Shown piece after piece: positions 28,031-41,832 of a stretch of 64,000 nt of DNA. Both the position numbers and the translations under genes were made by a program. The notes under the pieces were generated by a model. The model worked only from the letters and a program-made list of their open reading frames with translations. It had not been told where the DNA came from and did no database searches. The DNA comes from Octopus vulgaris. Its lineage: Eukaryota. The stretch is from NCBI GenBank assembly GCA_951406725.2, contig OX597837.1, forward strand, positions 23,436,001-23,500,000. The letters are read 5' to 3'. Numbering within the stretch: position 1 is the first letter of the stretch; the number at the start of each line of letters is the position of its first letter.

Positions 28031-28460
28031 ATGTGTATGTGTGCATATGTGTGTGTATGTGTGTGTGTGCATGCATGTGTATGTGTGCATATGTGTGTGT
28101 GTATGTGTATGTTTGTGTGTGTGTGTGTGTGTGCATGCGTGTGTATGTGCGCATATGTGTGTGCATGTGTGTGCGTGCGTGTGTATGTGTGCATATATGT
28201 GTGTGTGTTTGTGTGTGTTCATGCATGTGTATGTGTGCATATGTGTATGTGTATGTGTGTGAGTTTGTGTGTGTGTGTGTATGCGTGCATGTGTATGTGT
28301 GCATATGCGTGTGTGTATGTGTGTGTGTGTGCATGCATGTGTATGTGTGCATATGTGTGTGTGTATGTGTGTGTGTGTGTTTGTGTGCGTGTGTGTGTGC
28401 GTATGTGTGTGTATGTGTGTGTTTGTGTGTATGTCTGCATATGTGTGTGTGTATGTGTGT
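27825..28460. repeat. Compound (TG)n with a recurring gcatgtgtatgtgtgcatatgtg higher-order unit
   Basis: Read directly from sequence. Confidence 0.9.
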
Positions 28461-28991
28461 GATAGAACATTGAGTGATGTCAAAGCTTTTGTGTTCTGCT
28501 ATTTTCAAGCGAAGGAGTGAAAATATAGCTCCCACTTTTATGTCTTCGAAATGATTTATCAAAATACTCTGAACTACTGACAATTATAAATTAATCTTGA
28601 GAAGGAGAGAGGAAAAAAAATTCTTTTAAAAGGTTAAGTAAAAAAAAAAAAAAAACAAGCAAACAACAAAAAATGTGAAATAAAGTCATCAATGACACAG
28701 ACTGACACCCATACGGCCATGAATGTTGGTATATATGTCTGCGTGTGTATTTGTGTGTGTATTTGTGTGTGTATTTGTGTGTGTGTGTGTGTGCATGTGT
28801 GCTTGTATGTGTCTGTGTCTGAGTATGTGCATATATGTACATACACACACGCACACCCACACACGCACATATATACATACATACACACACATATATATAT
28901 ATCTATATCTATATCTATATATGTATATATATATTTATAGATATAGATAGATATGCTAATATTAACACATTTGTCTGAACACACACACACC

Positions 28992-29024
<33 letters not shown>

Positions 29025-29274
29025 GTGTATATATATGTATATATATGTATATATGTATGTATATATATATATGTAGATATATATGTGTGTATATATATAT
29101 ATGTATATATGTATATATATGTATGTATGTATGCATGTATGTATGCATGTATGTATGTATGTGTGTGTATATATGTATATACATATACATACATATATAT
29201 ATATATACATACATGTACATATACATATATACATGTATATATATATACATATATATATATGTGTGTGTGTGTGC

Positions 29275-29653
29275 GCGTATGGATGAGGACAGCTGTGTAA
29301 AGAATTACTGATTTCTAACTGTGGAGGGAACTTGTGGTAGAGGTAGACCCAAGAACGCATGGAACAAGGAGGTGATGCATGATGTGTTTGAGCTTTGAGC
29401 CTCACAGAGGCAAAGTGGCCAAGTTCCTTTTGAGTGTTGAGCGCCATGAAGCAAAATCGCAGTTGTGGTGGACACCAGTGTCACACAAATTGACACCCAT
29501 GCTAGTGGCATGTAAAAGCACCCATTACACTCTTGGAGTGGTTGGTGTTAGGAAGAGCGTTCAGCTATAGACTGGAGTCTGGTACAGCCTTTCAACATGC
29601 CAGCTCGATCAAACCATCCAACCCATGCCAGCATGGACAATGGACAGATGTTA

Positions 29654-29690
<37 letters not shown>
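29275..29690 (+). mobile_element. Degenerate RTE LINE 3' end (1 unit + tail)
   Basis: atggatgaggacagctgtgt...gaggtagaccc, a single ggcatgtaaaagcaccc unit and a (GAT)n tail. Confidence 0.8.
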
Positions 29691-29691
<1 letters not shown>

Positions 29692-29929
29692 ATACATACA
29701 CACATATATATACACACACACACACACACATACACACACACACATGCACACACACACATACACGCACACACACACACACATATATATATTACGGAGATGT
29801 ACTTGCATAGCAAGTGACCTGATCTGAGATCGGGCGCTGGAACGAAAACAATTGCAGCGTGGAAGGTGTTTATAAGCCATTTAAGAAACACACAAAAACC
29901 GTTCTATTCACTTCAACATTCAAATTTAA

Positions 29930-29980
29930 TTTGTCAAAATATTTTCGGCGCTTTGAGACCATGACCTGTTCACTGACAAA
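29930..29980 (-). ncRNA. Hammerhead-like motif with a G3:C8 swapped core
   Basis: Minus strand: tttgtca-GTGAACA-ggt...gcc-GAAAA-ta-TTT-tgacaaa. Helix I 7 bp; palindromic helix III aatatt. Confidence 0.6.
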
Positions 29981-30096
29981 ACTTCGTGCTGCAACTTAAA
30001 TGGTTTATAAACACCTTCCACACTGCAATTGTTATATATATAAGAGGTAATGGTGTCATTGAGACCCAAAGGTGTCAGGTAATGCTGAATAAGTGC

Positions 30097-30160
30097 TATA
30101 GACACACCATAGTTAAGTTCCAGGTTCGTGAACCTGGAAATTAACTATGGTCTGTCCATA
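30097..30160. repeat. ~60-bp near-perfect palindrome flanked by TA
   Basis: gacacaccatagttaagttccaggttc-gt-gaacctggaaattaactatggtctgtc; 27-bp arms with 2 mismatches. Confidence 0.85.
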
Positions 30161-30408
30161 TATATATATATATATATATAAGCAACCATAAATCTCTAAG
30201 CGTAGTAGCAACGCACTATCGCGAAGTATATTTGCCACCTAAATGTGGCTGACCAATGTGGGTCAAAAATAAATCTCTGATCAAGATGTAAGCACTGGTA
30301 CTCTTTACATTTCGCTCAGAGAGTTATTATTGCTTGTTTGTCCTTTTTCGAGATCAGCGATGGTTTGTCACTGGAAAAAGCATATATTATTTTGCGTTTG
30401 GAAAGCTG

Positions 30409-30467
30409 GTGATTGTCACATGCTGATGATGGGTTATGAACCAGAAACCCAGGTCCATGTGTATCAC
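30409..30467 (+). ncRNA. Type I hammerhead ribozyme motif, intact core
   Basis: cacatg-CTGATGA-tgggttatgaacca-GAAAC-ccag-GTC-catgtg. Helix I is 6 bp plus an outer gtgat/atcac. Predicted cleavage after C30455. Confidence 0.85.
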
Positions 30468-30684
30468 GTAAGGCTACAGATGGGAATGATGATTTCCCTT
30501 TGCAAATACTGATCACACACAGTGTGTCGTTATCCAGCTGGAGGAGATGTCCTCCTGGGGCTATAAACTACAGTAGAATCGTCCCATATGGGTCAGTCAC
30601 ATACATAGAGAAATAGATACATAGACAAACACACAGACATGTATGTATCTATGACTATACTGTCTTAAATTGTACATATTCTCT

Positions 30685-31075
30685 CTTTCTCTTTTACGTG
30701 TTTACGTCATTTGACTGTGACCATGCTGGAGCACCGCCTTTTAGTCGAGCAAATCGACCCCAGGACTTATTCTTTGTAAGCCTAGTACTTATCCTATTGG
30801 TCTCTTTTGCCGAACCGCTAAGTTACAGGGACATAAACACACCAGCATCGGTTGTCAAGCGATGTTGGGAGACAAACACACACATACACACATGTATATA
30901 CTTATATATACGACGGGCTTCTTTCAGTTTCCGTCTACCAAATCCACTCACAAGGCTTTGGTCGGCTCGAGGCTATAGTAGAAGACACTTGCCCAAGGTA
31001 CCACACATTAGGACTGAACCTGGAACTGTGTGGTTGATAAGCAAGCTACTTACCACACAGCCACACCTGGGCCTA
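30685..31075 (-). mobile_element. SINE family O
   Basis: Full reverse-complement copy. Confidence 0.85.
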
Positions 31076-31194
31076 TGTGAGTAGTTTTGTGTTCCTATCC
31101 ATGTATATGTGTGTATAAGAGTGTGTTGCTATGTATTATGTGTGTATAAAAGTATGCATAATACTTATATGTGTATATATGTATGAGATATGGG

Positions 31195-31578
31195 AATGGA
31201 GGCATTCCGTCGGTTACGACGATGAGGGTTCCAGTTGATCCGATCAACGGAACAGCCTGCTCGTGAAATTAATGTGTAAGTGGCTGAGCACTCCACAGAC
31301 ATGTGTACCCTTAACGTAGTCTCGGGGATATTCAGCGTGACACAGAGAGTGACAAGGCCGGCCCTTTGAAATACAGGTACATCAGAAACAGGAAGTAAGA
31401 GTGAGAGAAAGTTGAGGTGAAAGAGTACAGCAGGGATCACTACCATCCCTGCCGGAGCCTCGTGGTCCTTTAGGTGTTTTCACTCAATAAACACTCACGA
31501 CGCCCCGTCTGGGAATCGAAACCGCGATATCACGACCGCAAGTCCGCTGCCCTAAACACTGGGCCATTGTGCCTCCAC
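31195..31578 (-). mobile_element. tRNA-derived SINE family A
   Basis: Head gtggaggcacaatggcccagtgtttagggcagcggac...ggtttcgattccc. Head and body are shared with 48765-49060; the tail is shared with 63752-63915. Confidence 0.75.
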
Positions 31579-31929
31579 ATATATGAGATATAGATTATGA
31601 ATCAACACTTTTAATATTCATATCTAAATGTACTTAAATTGGAACGAAACAGATATATGATATATGATATATGAATGTGAAATTTTAGTTGAATATATAT
31701 GTACATATGTATGTATGCACATATGTATGTATATATGTACGTATGTATGTATGTATGTATGTATGTGTGTGTGTGAATATACACACACACACATATACAT
31801 ATATATATATATATAGATATAGATATTATATACATGTACACACATATACACATGTACACATGTACATTAGAGGTATGTATATGTCTTTGTGTAAATATAT
31901 ATTCATATGAATATGTATACATATTTATA

Positions 31930-31964
<35 letters not shown>

Positions 31965-31965
31965 A

Positions 31966-32012
<47 letters not shown>

Positions 32013-32067
32013 ATATATATATATACAGATAGATACATACATACATACATGCACACATACATACATA

Positions 32068-32870
32068 TGATGGCCGTCCATTCATGATCAATGAAAACCA
32101 TTACTGACCTTCAGGAATATTGTGTGTGCTAGGACTAACTTATATTTTGCATATGCAGCTCCATTGGTGGCTAATGAGCCCTGCTCTTTACAAGCATACA
32201 CGACTGCAAACATTGCAGCCCAAGCTTTTCCCATTCACTACACCAGCAGTGCACTTTCGAGCAGCACACTTAAGTTATTCATGCAGAATACGTGCTCTCA
32301 CAAAAGTGTCGACCCTCTCCTTAACCTGCATCCTCCATCTGTGGTGATGACAGGCATTGCTCTCCCAGTCAGTCTCCTGCATATCACAGGCCTTTAATGT
32401 GGACCTGACACAGTCCTTAAATTGCAGTCTTGGTTTCTGTCAGGGTCTCTTTCCATTCACAAGTTCTCCATATAGCATCTGCTTAGGGATCCTGCTATCC
32501 TTCATTCTTATAAGGTGTCCAGTTCAACATAACCGGTGCTTGTGCACCACCGCCTCAATACTCAAGATATTAGCTGTCCTCAGGACCTGTGTGTCTGGAA
32601 TTTTTAAGGTTCAGCCAACATTCAGAATGTGTCTGATTTTTGGTTCACCTTTTCTAGAACCGCCCCGGACTCCAAGTGAGCAGTGCTCTCTCCAAACAGA
32701 GTTGCTCAGACACCCATGCAGCAACTGAATCCTACCACTGTCTTGGGCAAGAAGGAGATGACTTTATATCTAGCATGGGCTGCCTACATGTAGATCGCTG
32801 ACTACATGCTTGCAACTCATCAGGTCTGCATGCTTCACCCCCTTCCCATTGCCGCCGGACTTCCAAATAA
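32068..32870 (-). mobile_element. Second RTE family (BovB-like C-terminus with a degenerate C2H2-type finger), internally deleted
   Basis: Minus-strand translation ...IPDTQVLRTANILSIEAVVHKHRLC*TGHLIRMKDSRIPKQMLYGEL...KPRLQFKD...CNVCSRVCL*RAGLISH. Confidence 0.75.
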
Positions 32871-32953
32871 AAATAAAATGAAAATATACTAAAAATAAAT
32901 AAATATATACTAAAAATAAAGATACATATATACTGAAAATAAAATAAATATAT

Positions 32954-33333
32954 AGGCACAGGAGTGGCAGTGAGGTAAGTAGCTTTCTTACCAACCACAT
33001 GGTTCTGGGTTCAGTTCCACTGAACTTGGCACCTTGGGCAAGTGTCTTCTACTATAGCCTTAGGCCTTGTGAGTGGATTTGTTAGACGGAAAGTGAAAGA
33101 AGCCCGTCGTATATATATGTGTGCGTGTGTGTGTGTGTCTGTGTGTGTGTTTGTCCGTGTTTGTCCCCTCCCAACATCGCTTGACACACATATACGACAA
33201 GCTTCTTTCAGTTTCCATCTACCAAATCCATTCACATGGCTTTTGATTGGGCTGAAGCTATAGCAGAAGTCACTTGCCCAAAGTGCCATGCAATGGAAAG
33301 CAAAGTTTTTCACCACACAGCCATACCTGTGGC

Positions 33334-33335
<2 letters not shown>
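32954..33335. mobile_element. Two family-O SINE 5' halves fused in inverted orientation
   Basis: Plus copy 32954-33185 runs directly into minus copy 33185-33335. Confidence 0.75.
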
Positions 33336-33370
<35 letters not shown>

Positions 33371-34079
33371 ATGTGTATGTATGTATGTATGTATATATGT
33401 ATTTCAATAAATATATACATTCATATAAATGGATTTATGCACATACACATATGTATGTATATATATATGTATACATACATACACACATATACATGTATAT
33501 ACATTTATACATATATATATATATGTGCATGCGTGTGTGTGTATGTATGTATGTATGTACATATGTATGTCTGTTTGTACGTGTGTATATGAGTTGGTGA
33601 CTGTTTGGTGTTTACAAATAAAATAAAATATAAGCAATTCATAATGTAAGCACGAGTATTTCTTTTTATTTGAAGCTGAATTTCTTTTTTTTTTTGAATC
33701 ATGGTTGTGTATTTCCTATTGACAATTATTCAAGAGTTTGAAGTAGTGAAGCCATGGGAAAAGAAGCAAAAATATTCACAAATACATCTTAATATGTTTA
33801 GCCATCAAGATTTGTTTGATTACAATGTTAGAAAATTCATTATAATATTATCTTTTCAATTGTCCGTCACAGAACACATTATCTGTCCAAATATTCACAT
33901 ACAACAATAAGAGATATTTTCATGTTTTTAGTATCATATCTGTAAAATACACATGAGCTAGTATAGTAGCTATTGTTAAAAAAGTTTTCATATTAATGAA
34001 TAGAAGTTTTTCCCTTCATATCTCCATTATGTGGGGAATCTGTATAGTGAGCTGTTGATCAGAAATACATTGATAAAAT

Positions 34080-34445
34080 TCAGTGTAAGAATTTTTAAGA
34101 AATATGAATCTTAATTTTTTGTTCAAAATTGCGAAATGTATCTGGATGATATAATATTCCTCCAGAAGACAATTTTTAGATTCATTAATATGGGAATAAA
34201 TGTTCTCTTTTAAGATCAGTTGATGTTTGGTGACATTATCCTTCTTTACAATTCAAATAGACTTGTGTATAGTGAGGTGGTGTGTCCCATTTCTAAGTAT
34301 CTGAATGCATACTTATGTTTGCAAGATTTGGTTTTAAAGGTATTTTCAATAAGCCCTATACAGCATTTTATTTTATTCTCATTTTCAAGAGAGATTTTAG
34401 TTTCATAAACTGATGGAAGAGAAGAGCATTGAGAGTGTGGATATT
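34080..34445 (-). mobile_element. Penelope-like GIY-YIG remnant, highly decayed
   Basis: SVYETKISLENENKIKCCIGLIENTFKTKSCKHKYAF...TSL...SKNCLLEEYYII resembles the PLE YIGLTE.TFK.R...HK.SF and C.LC..E..I motifs. Confidence 0.55.
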
Positions 34446-36091
34446 AAATATTTTGCAATTAAACAAAAGAGAAAAATACTTTGTGTATTTATACTGGAAA
34501 GTTTCTACTATTTATATTAACTAAAGAAAAAGCAAAACACTTGGTGCAAGTGTAGTTCACCTTGATACTATTTGTCAACACATGCTTATACTATCTTCTC
34601 TCATAAGCTCGTCTTCATAGCATTCATAGTAATTTTTCTATCGTCTTGGCTTAACAGCCCTCACTGTTTGGTTTTACTGTTTTATTCTCACTGTCCTGTT
34701 CTTGTACCACTTTCACCCTCTGCAAAAATCCCAAATTTTATTTAATTTGCTTTGCAGGAAGGACTGTCCCAACGAAGTCGTGTATTGTCCTTGCCTTCGT
34801 AATGTGGAGTAGATGAAACAGGGACAACTAAAGAAGGGGAATATTCTTTATGTTTCTCTGTTTGTTTTTCTTTGTTGTTCGAAAAAAGTTCGTTTCTATG
34901 TTTTTGTTTTTGTGTTTTCATTTCTCCTTGTGTTCAACGTCTTTTTTGATGTCCTGTACCCATGTATGCATCTGTATATACATATATATGTAGGTATGTA
35001 CATATATGTATGTATATATGCATATATTTATATATATATATATAAAAATATATATATATATAAATATATTATATATATAAAAAATTCTGGCCTATATTAG
35101 GACAATCTTTTAAACTACATGTGGGGTTATACCATATTTTGTATCCAATATTTATGTTACTGAATAGTCTATCAATACTATAGAGAACAAACCCAGTAGA
35201 ATGCAGAGCAAAATCTCTTCATTACATTTGTGAAGTACAACCTCCTCAACCTACAAATCTCAGCTCTATGGCATGATCTAAATGGCTAAATCAAACAATT
35301 TCTGGTTAGCATGTTTTACCTTAGAAGTATTATTATATAATAGCAAAGATTTCCTTGCATGCGCATTAATATTAATGTATGAATTACTAATTGGAGTAAG
35401 GCTTCTACCAGATTCTAAAGCTTTTAAAGTGGGGATTTAGAAAGAAATGGATACAATTCTGCTATATCAAACTGAATAAATTATTCTCTCTATTGCTCAG
35501 CACTTCTTATCTCTATTTACGAGCAGCTCAATAACCAACAAACTGTTATTCTATATTGGAAGGGAAAAGAATTGTTTAATGTTAAAAATGATAGAATTGA
35601 TTGAATTTAAGATATTTTTCTCACCTCACCTATTCCAAATCTCCACAGATTTATTAATCAACATTGAAGGTTAACAAGAAATTTCTTTAGGCTTTTTAAA
35701 AATAATGTCTGGTTCACATAACACTGAAGTTACCATTATATTTTGAGCTTGTAGCTAATTCTTAGGCTCTTAAATTACTTACAGGCATTAATGATGTTGA
35801 TGGAAAGGTGCCTATGGCTTGTACAACTCACTTTCACAGATATTTTTGGTTTTGTATGAAGAAACATAGTTTTGTTTGGAACATTCCAGAAGCATTCAAA
35901 AAGAAAGAAACACATTTAGTGTTTACTTGAAAAGGCTGACTTTCTAATTAAGAGGATGTAATAGAAATCATATTTCTTTAATAAAAGCTGAAGATTCAAG
36001 GACAAAATCATTGCTAATGGCTGTCTCCATTACCCTATGTGTTTTAGAAGTAAAAGTAATAGGACAATAAGGAATAAGGCTCACTGAAATT

Positions 36092-36554
36092 GTACATTAT
36101 TTACATTTGACGGATATTTGTCCTCATCTTGCTTGTTGTTAACATAACGTTTTGGCATGATATACCCTCCAGCCTTCATTAGGTGTCTTGAGGAAATTTC
36201 GAACCTGGGTTCTCATTCCTAAGGTACTTTTCGATGTTATTATTATTATCATTATTCTGTTTGACTTTTGCTTTACATTTGTACAAGTTGGCTCCAAGTC
36301 TTACCCAGAGACCTCAAGAGACAACAGGTTGGAAGTTCATGTTGTTGTTATACCTAGTGTTGTACTAGTGAATGTCTAAAAAAAAATTAATTATTCAAGG
36401 CACTGCCTGAAATCGAACTCAGAATCTTGGGGTTAGTAGCCCGCACTCTTAACCACTACGCCATATACCCAAGACATCTGATGAAACATTATGTTAACAA
36501 CAAACAAGATGAGGACAAATATCTGTCAAATGTAAATAATGTAAATAATGTACA
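36092..36554. repeat. Inverted-repeat cassette with hammerhead remnants and a tRNA-like SINE head
   Basis: 36092-36190 and 36471-36554 are reverse complements. Minus strand gacac-ctaatga-aggctg...gcc-aaaac-gtt-atgtt is a mutated hammerhead. 36395-36470 (-) folds like a tRNA head. Confidence 0.65.
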
Positions 36555-36847
36555 TAATTTCTCATCTCTTAAATATAGAACTGTATCACTGAAAATGTGT
36601 TTCCAAATGTCAGCATATAAATTTCAACTTATCTAGGATAAATGGTTAGTCCATATTACTCTGTGAGGAACATAGGGCCAGTTTCTTAAGAATAACTACT
36701 ATACTTGCTTGAGTGTATTTTACAGATATGATATTAAAAACATGAAAATATCACATATGATATTGTTGTATATTAATAATTGGACAATAATGATGTGTTC
36801 TGTGTAGGACAATTGAAAAGATATTATTATGATGAATTTTCTAACTA

Positions 36848-37245
36848 GCTGTGCTTGAGGAGACCTATTGAGTCAAGTACATCAACATCAAAATAAAAAT
36901 CAAATGGAAATTGTGATGTGATACCCATGCCAGTGGCATGTAAAATGCACCATCCAAATGTGGCCGATGCCAGCGGTGCCTTGACTGGCTTACGTACCGG
37001 TGGCATGTAAAAAGCACCAACCGATTGTGGCCGTTGCCAGCCACCCTTCGCCCCTGTGCTGATGGCACATAAAAAACGCCCACTACACTCACAGAGTGTT
37101 TGGCATTAGGAAGGGCATCCAGCTGTAGAAACACTGCCAGATCAGATTGGGACCTGGTGCCGCCTCCTAGCTTCCTGGACCCCGGTTGAACCGTCCAACC
37201 CATGCTAGCATGGAAAACGGATGTTAAACGATGATGATGGTGATG
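36848..37245 (+). mobile_element. RTE LINE 3' UTR-only copy (3 array units + tail)
   Basis: gtgcttgaggagacctattgagtcaagtac, then units at ~36930-37080 and the tail. Confidence 0.85.
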
Positions 37246-37964
37246 TATTTGTGAATATTATTGTTTATTTTCCCATGACTCTCCTACTTCAAACTTTTGA
37301 AGAATTGTCAATGGGAAACATACAACTATGATTTGTATGTATTCCTCCCTGGAAAGGATGCTGGTTCATTGCAGGATTACTCATTTTTATCAGCTGACTG
37401 GACTGGAGCAAGATGAAATAAAGTCTTTTGCTCAGGCACACAATACGTTGCCCAGTCCAGAGATCAAACCCACAATCTTACAATCATGAGTCCAACACCC
37501 TAACCACTAAGCCATGTGCTTCCATTGTCTAAGATAATAACCTGACTATATTGCAAACCTCTACTCCATCAAGACAATCCATTATAATATTTTTAAACGA
37601 ATCATTGGTGTCATTCACACATAGAAAGACTATGAAGAGGAGATTTTAACGTACGTAGTTATGTAAAAAATCAGAGTTCCTTTATTCAAATATGTACTAC
37701 AAAATAAACTAAACTACATATATAAATCAGTGCCCAATATCTTCTATCATAGACTGACACACAGACACATATAAATGTGCCCGTGTGTGTGTGTATCTAT
37801 GTGTAAAAATGCACTCACAGACAAATGCACATATATATACACACATACATATATTTCCCTCACTTTTTGTTAGAAGTACATAAAAGTGCTTGGTGCAGTG
37901 TACTTTTATTAGTTGCTTGAATTTGCTATATATATATATATAATCTGAATATATATACATATAT

Positions 37965-38038
<74 letters not shown>

Positions 38039-39059
38039 GTATATCATCATCATTGTTTAACATCCACCTTCCTTGCTGGCATGAGTGGGACATATATACA
38101 TATATATACACACACACACATATATATGCACATATATATACACACACATACATACATTCACACGTACATACGTACATACACACTTTGGTTAAACACATTT
38201 AAATACATTCATTTCATTATTAGACACTTTAGCATATACAATTATCAAGCACAAAGACATCACACACACGCACGCACACACATACATGCGTGCGAACACA
38301 CACTTGTATATACATACACACACACACACACACCACATATATACATACACAGTCGCACAAAGGCATATACACACATACATATATATATATATATCATTGA
38401 TTGAGTTCATTTTCAAATTATCGTTTCATTGTTACCAATCTATAATGTACGCAACACCCAGCAAGCCACCCAACCACACACACACAAATGCAGTCTCAGA
38501 CACGCACACAACCCCTCCCCAACGACTACCACAAGGAATACAAAATAAAGCACACACACACACACAGAAACACACATATGCGCACATAGAATATAAGACG
38601 CGTATATAGATACACATAGATAAACATACACCAGTTGAACACATTTTGATTTCTGGAAGGAAAAAGAGGAGAAATGAATGTCTTTAGTAAGAAGAGTTCA
38701 AAAACCACAAATAATAATAGAATGTTTCCACAAATTAAAAGATGAGAAAGCAAAACTATTTTTCTGTCAAAGAGAAAAAAAAAAATCTAGCAAACAAACA
38801 AACAAGCAAACAAACAGCAAAAATGATCAAAGCTACAGAATAATGAAGATGGTGGGGAAGGCAAGGAGGGTGGCGGTGGTGGGGGTTGTTTGCAGAAGGG
38901 TTTGGTGGGTGGATGGGTGGGTGGACGGGGGTGAAAAAGGTGAAGGTGGTAGAGAATGGTGGCAAATGGTTATCTTCTGGATGCTTCATTAATTATGAGA
39001 AACGGTGTCAGAAAAATTCACACGTATTAAGTAGAAAGCTTTTGGTAGATTGTATAGCA

Positions 39060-39667
39060 TAACGATGATGATGATGATGATGATGACGACAACGATGGTG
39101 ATGGTGATGACGACGATGACAATGATGATGACGATGATGATAATGACAATGATGATGATGATGATGTTGACAGGGGTAATAGTGTTGGGAGTAGTTGTGG
39201 TGATTATAGTGGTGGTGGCAGTGGTAGTGATAGTTGTGGTGGTGGTGGTGGTGGTATTGGTGGGGGTTGGAGGTGGGAGTGATGGTGATGGTGGTGACAA
39301 CAATGATGACGTTGAAGAGGATGATGATGCTGGTGGTGGTGATGATGATGATGATAGTGGTGGTGGTAGTGATGATGATGATGATGATGATGATGGTGGT
39401 GGTAGTGATGATGATGATGATGATGATGATGATGGTGATGATGGCAGTGGGGGTGATGACTGTGATGATGATGATGGCGATGATGATGACGACTATTATG
39501 AAACTGAAGGTGGTTGGTTGTGGGGATTATGATGATGTCAAGGCAATACAGATGATGGTGATGATGATGGAGGAGGAGGGGATGATGATCGTGATCACAA
39601 TGATGATGATGGTGGTGATGATGATGATGATGATGACGATGATGATGATGATGACGACGACGATGAC

Positions 39668-39701
<34 letters not shown>

Positions 39702-39737
39702 GTGATGATGGTGATGATGATGACGACGACGACGATG

Positions 39738-39769
<32 letters not shown>

Positions 39770-39793
39770 GATGATGATGACGATGACGACGAC

Positions 39794-39827
<34 letters not shown>

Positions 39828-39901
39828 GTGATGATGGTGATGATGGTGATGATGGTGATGATGATGATGATGATGATGGTGGTGATGAGGATGACGATGA
39901 C

Positions 39902-39942
<41 letters not shown>

Positions 39943-39949
39943 CGACGAC

Positions 39950-39991
<42 letters not shown>

Positions 39992-40030
39992 TGATGATGG
40001 TGATGATGGCTGATGATGATGATAATGATA
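39060..40030. repeat. ~1 kb (GAT)/(GGT)/(GAC) trinucleotide array
   Basis: Read directly from sequence. Confidence 0.95.
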
Positions 40031-40405
40031 GAAATCAGTAATGATGAAATGCAGGAATATAAAAGGAGAGAAAAGTAAAAAGCTAAACAAACGAAACCTC
40101 TAATGGTTAAGCATAACCCCCACCCCCACCCTACCCCCCACCCCCACCCTACCCCCCCACCCGATATAAAAAAAAAAGCTGAGACAAATAGAACCTATAC
40201 TACTATAACAATAGTGATGACAAGAAGAACAACAACAACAACAGCGACTAACATTGAAATTTCCATGAAGTCAGAATTTTCTAGATAAAAATTAATTGCT
40301 GGAAACAATAAAAGTCTATGAAAATAGTTGAGGAAAAGAAAAGTAGAATAAATGATTAAATATTTTATTCTTTGATATTATTTCATGAGTGTGTATATGC
40401 ATTTA

Positions 40406-40449
<44 letters not shown>

Positions 40450-40500
40450 CATACAGACATACATACATACACACACACATATATATGTGAATGTGTGTAT

Positions 40501-40535
<35 letters not shown>

Positions 40536-40625
40536 CTTTTAAGAGGTATTTATATCCTTGAATTAATATATCTATATCTATCTATCTATCTATCTACCTA
40601 TCTATCAATCTATCTATCTACCTAC

Positions 40626-40714
<89 letters not shown>

Positions 40715-40921
40715 TATAGATAGATAGATATAGATTTTGATATAGATATAGATATAGATATAGATATAGATATAATATCTATATAACGTAAAAGAGTTTT
40801 TGCAATTCCTGAGCGTTATACTAATACATCTGTTTGTTTTTTACACCACCTGTCTTCGTCTTTTGTTTTTTTCGTGAATTCTCCCTATATATAGATATAG
40901 ACATATATACATGTATATATA

Positions 40922-41765
40922 TTGGATCATCCTGTAAATAGTGCGGGCTTTTTCAGTTGCATGAACTAAAAGTCAGAGGGGGACGTGATAAACTACCCAC
41001 ATCAACTTGCTATAAAAGCAGGTAGTAACTCTACCTTGACCTTATTCTTAGAGCAAGTTTTGAAGAGTGCAGTTCGATTTTAACAGTTATTTTTTCACAA
41101 CTTAAATGGAAGTGACAGAGGAGCATATTTAGAATATTTTGCTTTATGAGTTCAATAAAGGCAACAACGCAACAGAAAGTGTGAAGAATATTAATGCAGT
41201 ATATGGGGAATGGACAATAAGCGTAAGTCAGTGTCAATGGTAGCTTCAGAAATTCTGAGCCAGAAACTACTGCCTAGAAGATGAGCCTCATCCAGGAAGA
41301 TCTGTTGAGCTTAATGAGCATGTCCTGAAAACCCTGGTGGAGCAAAATACTATCGTAACTGTTGAGGAACTAGGAGAGAAGCTTGGATTTGGTTATTCAA
41401 ACATTCATCAACTGTACTGAAAGAAAAGCGACCCTCAAGATGGTTTCAAGATGTTCTTCCATCATGATTAATTCTCAGCCACATACAGCAAGGATGTATT
41501 CCAAAGGCTGGTGCAGTTTGAATGGGAAATAATGGACAGAAAAATATGAATTCTGTAGACGAGGTCAGAATAGTACTCTGAAGGAGTATTTTTCATCACG
41601 AACAAGGGAATTTTGGAAGAGGAGCCTTGCAAATCTTCTAGATAAATGGAAGAGCATTGTAGAAAATGAAGGAAAGTATATTTTAGATTTAAAAAAACTT
41701 TGTTTATCTAAATTTTGAAAGATAAAAGAAGTATAAAAAAATGCATTATTTATGGGATGACCCAA
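40922..41765 (+). mobile_element. Mariner (Tc1/mariner) transposon, internally deleted, both TIRs present
   Basis: TIRs ttggatcatcctgtaaatagtgc / gcattatttatgggatgacccaa, flanked by TA. Decayed transposase MEVTEEHI..ILLYEFNKGNNAT...LEDEPHPGRSVEL and an FHHD-like motif. Confidence 0.88.
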
Positions 41766-41832
41766 TATATATATATATGTATATGTATACACACACACAC
41801 GCACACACATATATATATATATATTTATAAAT

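Noticed and set aside
27725-29447. His/Thr-, Cys/Val- and Tyr/Ile-rich ORFs (and similar ORFs throughout the window)
   Set aside because: Dinucleotide-repeat translations.
36395-36470. Functional tRNA gene
   Set aside because: tRNA-like A/B boxes and anticodon arm are present, but the acceptor stem is poor and it is embedded in a repeat cassette; treated as a SINE head.
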